Origin: Callorhinchus milii
Lineage: Eukaryota
Reading direction: 5' to 3'
Length of the DNA: 64,000 bases
Assembly (NCBI RefSeq): GCF_018977255.1
Contig: NW_024704743.1
Location: 102,054,001-102,118,000 of the forward strand
Below are positions 53,151 through 64,000 of the stretch, in pieces; the first letter of the stretch is position 1; every line of letters begins with the position of its first letter. The notes beneath the pieces were generated by a model. The model made no database searches. It was not told the origin of the DNA and saw nothing but the letters and a program-made list of their open reading frames with translations. Both the position numbers and the translations under genes were made by a program.

Positions 53151-53468
53151 ATAATAATAATCATTGCAGTTGATATAGCGCTTTTCATGCCTTCTAGACG
53201 TCCCAAAGCGCTTCACAGAATATACTGTAAAGTGAATTGACTGTAAATTTGTGGGGTGAACGCGGCAGCCAATTGCGCACAGCAATGTCCCACAAACAGT
53301 CATGGATTGAAAATGACCAATTTATTATTGCTTTGTTTTTTTGGAGGGATTATTATTAGGCGTGTGGAGTAAGGAAACTTGCCCAAGGTTTCGCCCTGTG
53401 CCTGGAATTGAACTCAGTTCTCTCACTTGCAAAGCGAGTGCTCTAACCACTGAGCTACAGGACTCCAC
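53151..53468 (-). mobile_element. tRNA-Ala-derived SINE, short form, full length
   Basis: Tail abuts the head of the preceding SINE. Confidence 0.9.
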
Positions 53469-54379
53469 TTATTGGAGATCTCTTGCTGAATGTCTTGAGA
53501 CTGGGGCTCCTGTGAACGAGCCAATGTTACACAGCAGAAGCCCAGCTCCAGCCACATTGCCCAATGTGAAGGAAACTTATTCCCACGATGATGTGCTACT
53601 AATTGTCAGTAGAAACAATATCGATTTAATGACTACTAAATCTTCTTTTATGACTGAGAGTTTGGAATCAAAGAAACATCCACATTATAAATAGATTATG
53701 TGGTGGAGATTCATTAAATGCTATAAATAATCAAATGGTTATCTAACTATTCACATCCCACAAGCAACAACAACATGAATTATGCAGTTAGATCATGTGT
53801 TCAATATGTATTGTGTGCAGAGGATTCCTAATGTACATCGTCTGCTAATGATGTGCTTAAGATTCTATCAGGAAATTATTTACTCTTTTATTAAATAATC
53901 TCACTTGGTGTTGAAGAGGTTTACATGCTTCTGAGTCTGAACTTTTCATGTTCAAGAAGCAGTTTTGATGTAACTTACCCTCTCTAGAGTGTAGTGGCTT
54001 TAATCTCCAAAGGGTTAAAGGGGCTTAAAGTGAATAAATCTCAGTTAACGCTGGGATGCATCCAAAAATCATGATGAAATAATATAAGCTCTGACTATCA
54101 TCTTTCCAGAAGTTTGTAGAAACAGAGGGTGTTCCAGAGGATTGGAGAGTGCCAAATATAATTCTGCTTCTCAAGAAAGGGAAAAGGAAAGAGACAGGGA
54201 ATTATAGTTTAATAAGTGAAGCTATCGCAATATGTTTAGCAAAGATTAAACTGATAAGAAATACCCAGTTTCATTTTGTAAAGGGAAGACCATGACTGAA
54301 TAATTTGATTGAAGTCTTGGAAGAAATAATGAAGAATGTGGATAAGAGAGATAATGATATATATAATATATATATCATA

Positions 54380-54808
54380 TAATGATAATGACCTGATGTA
54401 ACACCTTTCACATCAGAATGATGTATAAAAGTGCTTCACACATTTACTGTAAGGTGTGATTGTATATTTTATATGTGAACACAGCAGGCAATGTGTACAC
54501 AGCAATGTCCTCCACACACAGCAAAGTCCCCACAAACAGACATGAAGTGATTGATCAATTTTATTTGTGGGATTGTTGGTTTGGACACCAAAACAAACTC
54601 CCTTCTGTTTTTGAACAGGTAGACGGGACCTCGGATTAATGTCTCATCTTCTGCTATGTAACATTGATGTTCATAGGAGCCCCAGTCTCCAACAATGCAG
54701 TACTCCATTCAGTCATAGCAGATTACATGAGTTCAAAGTCCTGACGTGGATCTTGAACCCTCGACCGTCTGACTCTGAGACAAGAGTGTACCAACTGAGC
54801 CAGGCTGC
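54380..54808 (-). mobile_element. Deu-domain SINE
   Basis: Head cagcctggctcagttggtacactcttgtctcagagtcagacggtcgagggttcaag; colinear with 22131-22556. Confidence 0.75.
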
Positions 54809-55506
54809 ACACAGAGGCAGTAGATGATATTCATCTGGATTTTCAGAAGGCATGCAATAAGGTGCCACATAAAAAACTTGTGGCCAAAATTAAATTGGGA
54901 ATTAGGATGTATGGCTTCTTGAAGGAGCAAACACTGACACAAAAAATGGACCAAATAGCCTCTTTCTAAATGGTACATTTCTAAGGTTGTAAAGTTCTAT
55001 GCAATCTCTATGACAGATTGATTTCTGAAAACCATGCACAAAAGAATTTTAGCTATTTTAATCGCAACTATAAAAGTATGCTACTCAGCACTAAGTTTGG
55101 CCTTAGTTGTTGCAGCAGCTTTATAAACACAATATTGGATAACATTGAAGATGTCAATGGCTGATTTTTTTTAATATCGATATAGACAATATTAGCCATT
55201 TGGCAGTGAATCATCTGATTCAGCACTGAAGATGAAATCCAATATTGTCTGCTTTCACCAGAGTGGGAATGCTGCTGGCAGCAAGTTAAGTCATAGAATT
55301 ATAGAATTGTACAGCACAGAAGGAGGCCATTCAACCCATAGTGTCTGTGCCGGCTCTTTCAAAAGAGCTATCCAATTCAATCCCTCTCTCCCCCACTCCC
55401 TCCCCATAGCCCTGCAAGCTTGTCCTCCCCAAATAATTATCTACTTCTCTCTTAAAAGCTGTTATCAAATTGGCTTCCACCACCCTTTCAGGCAATGCAT
55501 TCCAGA

Positions 55507-58500
55507 GTCGGGGAGCGGCGGCAGGACAGCGCGGGGAGGAGCCTGGGCCTACTGACCCAGGTACTTAAACTCGACGCCGGAGCGAGTGCAGCTAGCGAGG
55601 GGAGGGGACGGAGCGGGGGAACTGCGACGTCATAGATTAGTTTTCAGGTACGTGCGCGCGCACAAAAAAAAACAAAAAAAAAAAAAAACCCTGCGCCCCC
55701 TCCCCGGGGCTCACATCAGAGCCCACTATGGTCCTGTTGGGTTCGCTGCCCCAATCTGCGGGATAATGCCATCCACCTGACCGCTCGCTCCCGGTCCCCG
55801 CGTGCGCACTATGGCTGCCGCTTTGACCCGAGCCCCCTCACCCCCTCCCTCCCGCCCCCTCCTCTCTCCCCCCAAACCCTCCCCCCTCTGCATCTCTCCC
55901 GCTCTCTCCTCCTCTCTCTCCGTCCCTCTCGTCTTCTATCCCCACTTGACCCTCCCACAACCTCCCTCTGTTCCAGTCTGGGAATCCTCCGCCGGGCTCA
56001 CCGTGGCACTCGGCGTTGGCTGTCCAGCAGCAGCCACACCGACTGCCCCATTCCCCACCACACTCGCCACCCACCCCGGACACAGACCCGGGGAGTCAAC
56101 CTCTCCTCCCTCATCCCCATTCCCCCCACCCCTGCCTCACAACCTGGACCCCCCTCCCCTCCCACACACCCTTCTGTCAACCGCTCCCTCCACATCGGAC
56201 TGCAAAATGTCCGCTCCCTCTGCAACAAGGCCCTGGTCATCAACGATCTCATCCTTGATGAGAACGTTGATATCATGGCCTTAACAGAAACCTGGCTCAC
56301 CCCAGGCGACACCTTCCCCCTCACGGAGGCCACGCCACCCGGCTACACCTCCCACCACATCCCCCGCCCCAACCGCCGTGGCGGTGGTGTTGCCCTTATC
56401 TCAAGGACACCACTTGCCCTATCCCCCTACTCCACTGGCTCTTTCCCCTCCTTTGAGCACCTCACCCTCTCCCACCCCTCATTCCTCTCCCTTAAAATCC
56501 TCCTCCTCTACCGGCCCCCTAAAACCTCTCCCACCTTCATCTCTGACATTTCAACACTCCTCACATCTCTTTGCCTCTGCTCCGATCGCCTCATCATCCT
56601 GGGCGACTTTAACCTACACTTCACCCCCTCCTGCTCCATCTCCACAGACTTCTCTTCCCTGCTCTCCTCACTCAACCTCTCCTTACACATAAACTCCCCC
56701 ACTCACAGTCACGGCCACCCACTCGATTTGGTGATCACCCGGGGCCTCAGTGTCTCGGATGTCACTATTACCGACAAGGCCATCTCTGACCACTACTTCA
56801 TCTCCTTCACCACCTCCACCCCCCTCCCCACCTCCACCAGACCCACCACCATCTTCTACCGCCCTTGGAAGAAGTTACCCCCACAATCCCTAACCGATGC
56901 CTTGGAGTCCTCTGAACTCCTCTCCCTCTGGCCTTCAACCCTCACCGACCCCTCTTCTCCTCTCTCCCTCCTCCACAATACCCTCTCCTCCACACTCGAT
57001 ACTCTTGCCCCCATCACTTCCCGCACTGTCTCCTACTCCCGCTCCTCCCCCTGGTACACCACCCACCTCCGCTCACTGAAAAGCCAGGTGCGGGCTGCTG
57101 AACGCACCTGTGTCAAATCTGGCCTAACGGTCCACCGACAAATCTGGCTGGACCTCCTCAAAATTTACCGCTCCACTCTAGCCTCGGCCAAGTCGTCCTT
57201 CTACTCCAGGATAATCCTGGAGGCGAAGAACAACCCCAGGCTACTGTTTTCCACCACAACCCGACTCCTCCGTCCCCCCCGCCACCCCGCGCAGGTCATC
57301 TCCTCCAACCTTCACTGCGAGGAGATGCTGGATTTCCTTGAATCCAAGATCAAGGGAATCCGCTCCGCGGTCACTTCCCCTCCAACTTCCACCCACCACC
57401 CACCCCTTCCCTCCCACACTCCGACTCCTACCCATCCTCCCCTACACACCTTCGTACCCGTTTCCCCACCCTCTGTCACTGAACTCATCCTATCCCTAAA
57501 ACCAACCACCTGCTCCCTTGACCCCATCCCCACTCCACTCCTTATCTCCCAGCTCCACTTTCTTGCCCCACATATCACTGACATCATCAACCTGTCCCTC
57601 TCCTCTGGCTCTGTCCCCATTCCATTAAAAACTGCCATCATCACGCCCACCCTGAAAAAACCCTCCCTTGATGCGTCGCAGCTATCAAGCTACCGGCCCA
57701 TCTCCAACCTCCCCTTTCTCTCCAAGGTCTTGGAAAGAGTTGTCGCCTCCCAACTGCGCTCTTTCCTTTCCACCCATTCTCTTTTTGAACCCCTTCAGTC
57801 AGGTTTCCGTGCTGCCATAGCACAGAAACTGCCCTGGTCAAGGTCACCAATGATATCCTGACCATCTGTGACCAGGGCTCCCTCTGTCTCCTCGTCCTCC
57901 TCGACCTATCGGCAGCATTCGATACGGTCGACCACGCTATCCTACTCCACCGCTTGTCCTCCCACCTCAACCTTCAAGGCACTGTCCTTGAATGGTTTAG
58001 GTCGTACCTTTCTCACCGTCTTCACTTTGTCTCAACGAATGGCTTCTCCTCCACCCCCCGTACTGTCTCATGTGGTGTCCCTCAGGGCTCTGTCCTCGGT
58101 CCCCTCCTCTTCACCCTCTATATGCTCCCCCTCGGTGACATCATCCGCAGACATGGAGTTAACTTCCACATGTATGCGGATGACACCCAACTCTACCTTT
58201 CCTCCTCTACTCTCAACTCCACGACCACCGATGTCCTGACAGCCTGCCTGTCCGACATCGAGTCCTGGACGAGAGACAACTTTCTTCAGCTCAACGTGCG
58301 AAAAACCGAGGCCCTCCTGATTGGCTCACGTCAGCGCCTCCGCACCTCAGGCGCTGACACCATCAGCATCCAAGGCTGCACTCTCCACCTCTCAAAGCCA
58401 GTCAGGAACCTCGGCGTTTTGTTCGACCCTGAGCTGTCCTTTCTCCCTCACATCCGCACCACAACTGGCACCGCCTTCCATCACCTCCGGAACATCGCCA

Positions 58501-59172
58501 GACTACGCCATTACCTCACCCCTCACGCTGCTGAAACCCTGGTTCACGCCTTTGTCACCTCAAGGCTGGACTATGGGAACTCTCTCCTCGCCGGCCTTCC
58601 CGCCACCTCCCTCCACAAGCTGCAGGTCATTCAGAACTCTGCAGCTCGTGTACTGTCCCGCACCAGGCTTCGGGACCACATCACTCCCACCCTCGCTCGC
58701 CTCCACTGGCTCCCCATCCCCCAGAGGATTGATTTCAAGATCCTCATCCTCACCTACAAGGCCATTCACGGCCTTGCTCCCTCCTACCTCTCCAACCTAC
58801 TATCCCCCTACCTACCTGCCCGTACCCTCCGTTCCTCTGGCTCCGGTCTGCTCCACGTCCCCCGCCCCAACCGCCCTACCATCGGTGGTCGGGCCTTCAG
58901 CCTCTCAGCCCCCAGGCTCTGGAACTCCATCCCCCAGTGCCTTCGCCGCTTCCTCCCTTTCCTCCTTCAAGGCCGGTCTCAAAACCTTTCTCTTTGACCG
59001 TGCCTTCAGCTCCCCTCTCGACTCTCTTCCCCCTCCTCGCTCCCTCCCTTCCCTCCCCTCACCCTGACCATTTCCCCCCTGCTCGGGTCATGACCCAACT
59101 GTGCAGCGCCTTGGGACGTCCTCCTGACGTGAAAGGCGCTTTATAAATGGAATCTTGTTGTTGTTGTTGTTG
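55507..59172 (+). mobile_element. Near full-length young L2 LINE, single-ORF type
   Basis: CpG-rich 5' UTR, APE plus RT ORF, 3' stem-loop and (TTG)n tail. Confidence 0.95.
55811..58997 (+). pseudogene. L2 endonuclease/reverse transcriptase ORF with frameshifts
   Basis: LHIGLQNVRSL, ALTETWL, RGGGVA, ILGDFN, ISDHY (APE); [26 protein letters not shown] (RT); 1-nt deletion at about 57816 (GFRAA/HSTET); probable frameshifts at about 55850-55885 and 58947. Confidence 0.9.
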
Positions 59173-61428
59173 TAAACAACTTGCTGGGTAAAAAAATTCT
59201 CCTCACCTTCCCTCTGTTTCTTTTAACAACTATTTTAAATCAGTTCCCTCAGGTTACCGACCCACCCACCAGTGAAAATAGTTTCTCCAAGTCATGCAAT
59301 TGAACTTAAGATGAAATAATGCAAATCTGAAATGAAGTTCTGCAAATGACTGAGCTTTTTACGGCTAAAGAGGATGAATTGGCCACTTACAATAAGACTG
59401 ATGTTGTTCCTTCTCGTGGTAAAGCATAGAAAACAGCAAAGGTAAAATCAATTTAGTTTCCAGCTAATTTTGTCGAAAAACACACTGAACCCTATTTATT
59501 AAGGAACTTTTAAAATAAATTCAAAGGATCTTTCATTGCAAAAATGCCCTAAGTTGTTAAGAGAATCCTGCAACTTGGGCTAAAATTGAAAAATTTAGTT
59601 AATCCAATATCTAAGACAGAGCAGAACTCGAAGATTAGATAAGCTTTCTAAGTGGGACAAGTTTTCTTCAGCCTTTAACAAATACATCTCATAAGAAAAA
59701 TCATGGAAATATTTAAGATGCTAAATGGGATTGAGAAAGTAAATCCAGAACAATGTTTTCAGACATGTCAACAGGGCACAGATTCACATAGTTACAAAGA
59801 ACAATTTCAGGATATATATCAGGAAGTATTTATTTATCCAGAGGTTAATTGCAAATTGAAATAGAAGGGTGGCTGAGGCTAGGACATTTTCAGTTTCAGA
59901 AGGGCTTGATGGAAAATCTGTCCCAAACAGGTTAACCCATTTACATCTGTCAATTCACAGGAACTTTGCTCCAAGGCAATCTTGAGTCACTTCATATTTC
60001 TCACACGTAAATGTGCTATATGTGAAGTTCTCTGCACAAGGTACATGTTATGTTTCCAAGGTATTTTTAATCAGTTGTGCCATTTAAATTGTGTTTTTCT
60101 CTTGCAAGTGTTTTTCAGCTCTGTTGCTTGTGTGTATCTCCTTCTCTCAACAATTCAGAGCTATTCCTTCTACTCAGGCATCGAACAAGAAAACTATTGG
60201 TCTTCCTAAATTGAAAATAGTTTTCTGCGAAAAGATTTTCAAATTTTATTCGACTTTTTTTTTACCTTGGAAGTAATTTCATGCTGTCTTGATTTGTCAG
60301 GTTGTGGAATGTTCCTTTGTGTGTTGCACGTTTGCTTGTAACAGAGACCTGGCGCCTGTCAGTTTGTGATTGAACCACTTGTGTAACTCTTATGATTTTC
60401 ACAAATGAAAATTGATAACAACAATGTGACAAGTGGGACATCGCCTTTTTATTAAATTACTTCAGTCAACAATTTTGTACTAATCCTTGAGTGTCTTGGT
60501 CATGCTTATCCTCAAATTCATTTGAAATGTCTAGCTTTGCTCATAGTATTTAAAATCTGTTGTGAAATAATGTGTTGTCCACATTATCTTTTTATTCATC
60601 AATTGATTGAGTTAAACCTTAATTATCTTCCTTTCTGAGGAATTTTTTAAAGATAATGGATACTCACTTCTGTAGAGAACTGAGTGAAGATTAAGACATA
60701 ACTAACACATTGGCGGAGAAATGAAACCTTAGGTGCAGATTTAGTCCATTTGATGTAACATTTCATTGCATCCAGAATTTGGCAAAATTCAACTCAACTT
60801 TAACGTCAGTTTTCTGTAGTTCTTAAAATAACTTAGAGAAAAACAGCTTCAATATAAAACTATATCCAAGCGTTTGTCAAAGATATACAAGAAAATTGTA
60901 TAAATCAAAATTCAGGTGAAATTTCTACTGCAACCCCCATTAAAGCTCAATGAAATTAATTAATGTCCAAATAAATCATTCAAGTTCTTCAAGTTCTTTT
61001 CCATGCTTGAGAAAGTTTTTTCTCTGAGAAAGACATCAGTCATGGGTTATCAAGCCTTCCTTGCTCATTAAATTAAATCTGTGTTCCACAGTTCACTATT
61101 GAAAACATTTCATGGGTAATTCCCTATTATGGAATAGGAAAGAAAGCTTTTGAAGCTGGGGAGTTTGATCAGATGAAAATTTGCTAACAGTCTATTGATC
61201 ATCTTCTGCAAAGCTATTTGTTTATAGAAGGCCGAATGCTGAGACCTTTTTTACATTCAGATCGTGTGTTCTGAGATGCAACCAGCTACTATGATTAACT
61301 TTAGCTTCTGATCCTGTTTATCGATCTCACCTTTATCTCCTTACCCTTCCCAACTATAACATTTTAATCCTCTAAAAAATATTATTTTCTACATTAACTC
61401 CAGATTGAATGTACCTTACTTTATATTT

Positions 61429-61499
61429 GCATCGGTGGTTCAGTGGTAGAATTCTTGCCTGCGACATGGGAGGCCTGGATTTGATTCCTGGCAGATGTT
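61429..61499 (+). pseudogene. tRNA-Gly(GCC) pseudogene
   Basis: gcatcggtggttcagtggtagaattcttgcctgcgacatgggaggcctggatttgattcctggcagatgt is colinear with tRNA-Gly-GCC; CpG decay, anticodon reads GCG, T-loop TTC changed to TTT. Confidence 0.88.
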
Positions 61500-63049
61500 A
61501 TCACTTGTGTGCTATAAACAACAGCATGGACTATTTGGTCTGATTAGTCTGTTTCCGTGCTGTACAATCTATATAAATCTTACCCTGTACTCAGTCGACC
61601 TATTTATCTGGCTGACAAACCTTGGGCCTTTTTTTGAAGTGTTGTGGAATTAAAATACATAAAAAGTAACTCATCGCAGAAGTCACCAAAATGAATCATC
61701 AAAATAACTGACCTTGACAAAATTGAAGGAATATTTTGCAGATCTTGGAAAATTATTGCAGTTAACAATGACAGAAAGAGAGAAGAAGAACTTGCATTTA
61801 TATAGCTCCTTATCACACTGAAACATCTGAAAGAGCTTCAAAGGTAATTACAGTCAACTGTAGGTTTTTGTCGGGAAATACAATAACCATTTGTGACAGC
61901 ATGTTCATGCAAACAAAAATGAAGTGAATGACAAATTAAATGTTTGGATACAAGGAGAAACTCCCTTTGTTTTTGTATAGAGTTTTGGGGTCTTTGGGCT
62001 CTGTGAACTGCTGTGAGACATCCTTCCAAGGTTAAAGGTGCTGAATAAAATGTAAACTTATTGTTATTTAAAATTCATCTGAGGAACAAGAAAAAAATTA
62101 GACCACTATTTAATCTTTCATCCAAAAGACAATGACAATGCTGCACTCCACTTCCCCATGACTGCACTGGAATAGTATCCAAGGCAAATAGCTTAAGTCC
62201 AAACATACAGCTTGAACATAATGATCCATAACAAGTTTTACTGACACAACTGAAGAACTGGCATGGTTTACAGATACCATTAAATTATTCTCATCTAAAT
62301 CAATGGTTTACCTACAACATCTTCAATACACACAGACATAAGCCTTGGACAACCCACCAATCAGATATTTTTTAAAAATTGGGACATATTTAAAGCGAAC
62401 AATATAAAAGTCTTTAGAAGGCATGGGAGCTCTCAATATCAGCTGTAGTGTGAATGATATGTAAGCAACATTCTCTTTACTCTGGCCTGAAAAACAGGCT
62501 TAGAACGAGATCCCCTACAAGCTCTTCAAGTGAGATTGCCAAATTTTCATGCCAGTTTCTGCCACGTTCTGGGCAGCTTTGCACACTGGACTCAAGCCCA
62601 CTAGAAACTGGTCTGAGATTCATTACTCATTAGTTCTTCAGTAAAGTGTCAGATACAGAGGCATGAATGATTACAGGTTCTGTAGGGATTATTTTCTCCT
62701 CTTTTTTTACTAATTTGGTGTAGCTGAGAAGGATGAATTAACACACTGGGTTATTCTGCAAATGCGTAAAATGAAATTATTACACTCAGTGGAAATATCC
62801 CTCAACTGATAAGCCAGGGTACAATTATGTTTGCGGATTCTCAGTAAAATATAAATGTAATATTGCATTCATGCATCAAGCTTGTATGCTGGTGTCGATC
62901 ACAATAAAAAAAAGTTGCTAGGTTTTAGACAGGTGGCAAGATAATCTTGTTGTCACAATATTGAAGCAAAATACGTTTCTGCTGTCTCCATAGAGCTTCT
63001 GTGGTACAATAATGCCTTTACTTTTAGCAGTGATGCTGTGAAATGCTAT

Positions 63050-63520
63050 TGGTCAGAAACCCGGATGTCTTGTTTGACCCTAAACTGTCTTTTCTCTCCC
63101 ATATCTGCACCATGACTGGCACTGCCTACCACCACCTCCGCCACTTCCTCACCCCTCAGGCTGTCGAAACCCTCACCCACGCATTTGTCACATCAAAGCT
63201 CGACTATGGAAACTCCCTCCTCATCGGCCTTTCCAACTCTTCCCTTCACAAGCTGCAGATCATCCAAAACTCTGCTGCTCATGTACTCTCACGCACCAAG
63301 CTCTCTGACCCCATCACTCCCACCCTCACCCAACTCCACTGGCTCCCCATCCCTCAGAGAATTGAATTCAAGATCCTCGTCCTCACTGACCTGCTGACTC
63401 CCTACCAACCTGCCTGTTCCTTCCGTTCATCGGGCTCAGGCCTGATCCATGTCTCTCGCCTGATCCTACCATCGGTGGCCAGCCTTTCAGCCTCTCTGCC
63501 CCCACACTCTGGAACTCCAA
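63050..63520 (+). mobile_element. L2 C-terminal fragment
   Basis: [42 protein letters not shown]. Confidence 0.9.
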
Positions 63521-63614
63521 AATGTTGGATTTCCCTGTAGAGTAACACAAATTGTTTTTATCAATAAGAAAAATATTGGTCAGTAAATGGCCGCACACAT
63601 AATGCTTTACATAG

Positions 63615-63810
63615 ATTACAGAGATTGTGCAGCATTGGAACAGGCCATTCAGCCAACTAGTCCATTCTGGTATATATACTCCACATGAGGCTCTACCAAT
63701 CCTAACCCCTCTCCCAAACCCCTTTATTCCCTTCTCCCTCCTACATTTTGAAAGCGCTTTAAGATGCCTTCCTGACGTGAAAGACGCTTTATAAACGTTA
63801 ATTTTATTGT
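63615..63810. mobile_element. CR1 3' stub (-) followed by an L2/SINE-type tail (+)
   Basis: gaacaggccattcagcc; aagcgctttaagatgccttcctgacgtgaaagacgcttt. Confidence 0.6.
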
Positions 63811-64000
63811 ACTGGAAATTACCTATGATAAGTGGGAGGGGTATTATGTTTCACTCTCCCCTCTCTTCCTGGTTTATGTCTGCTTCCTGGATGGCGAATG
63901 GCTTTCAAAGGTCGAAAGTGCTTCAACTAATCTGTTTCCAGCATTAATTTCCTAGTTAATCTTTCTGTTTAAAAATGATCACATGGTAATCAATTAAATC

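Larger units (their letters stand above)
55291..59289 (-). mobile_element. CR1 3' stub (55291-55506 and 59173-59289) split by the L2 insertion
   Basis: The two halves rejoin (gcattccaga|taaacaacttgc) by comparison with 9740-9800. Confidence 0.88.

Noticed and set aside
55802..56284. 160-aa Pro/Ser-rich ORF as an L2 ORF1
   Set aside because: It overlaps the frame carrying the conserved L2 N-terminal and APE motifs; it is an open frame caused by C-rich composition
58321..59067. 248-aa overlapping ORF and antisense ORFs within the L2
   Set aside because: Shadow frames of C-rich L2 sequence; only the last about 40 aa are the displaced true C-terminus

Overview
Eukaryotic, AT-rich DNA that looks intergenic or intronic and comes from a cartilaginous fish; the repeat set resembles a holocephalan such as the elephant shark (inference). 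I can support no host protein-coding gene. The window is a layered transposable-element record. It holds: (1) a near full-length, young, single-ORF L2 LINE (55507-59172; APE endonuclease plus RT, frameshifted) and many L2 fragments; (2) a decayed 3.3-kb CR1 LINE (38515-41812) interrupted by a 697-bp solo LTR, plus many CR1 3' stubs; (3) young tRNA-Ala-derived SINEs that share the L2 3' stem-loop; (4) older Deu-domain SINEs and other old SINE families; (5) a tRNA-Gly pseudogene, microsatellites and a four-copy unclassified repeat. The most unusual items are a TSD-flanked 206-bp palindrome carrying two degenerate minimal hammerhead-ribozyme motifs (1732-1976, Penelope-like), a C-terminal frameshift shared by two young L2 copies, recurrent breakpoints at the L2/SINE 3' stem-loop, a SINE that appears to have carried 230 bp of foreign 5' sequence, and an isolated 67-bp near-perfect hairpin. 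I see no clear evidence of a new multi-gene system. Boundaries of old repeats are approximate, and family names come from recalled similarity, not from searches.
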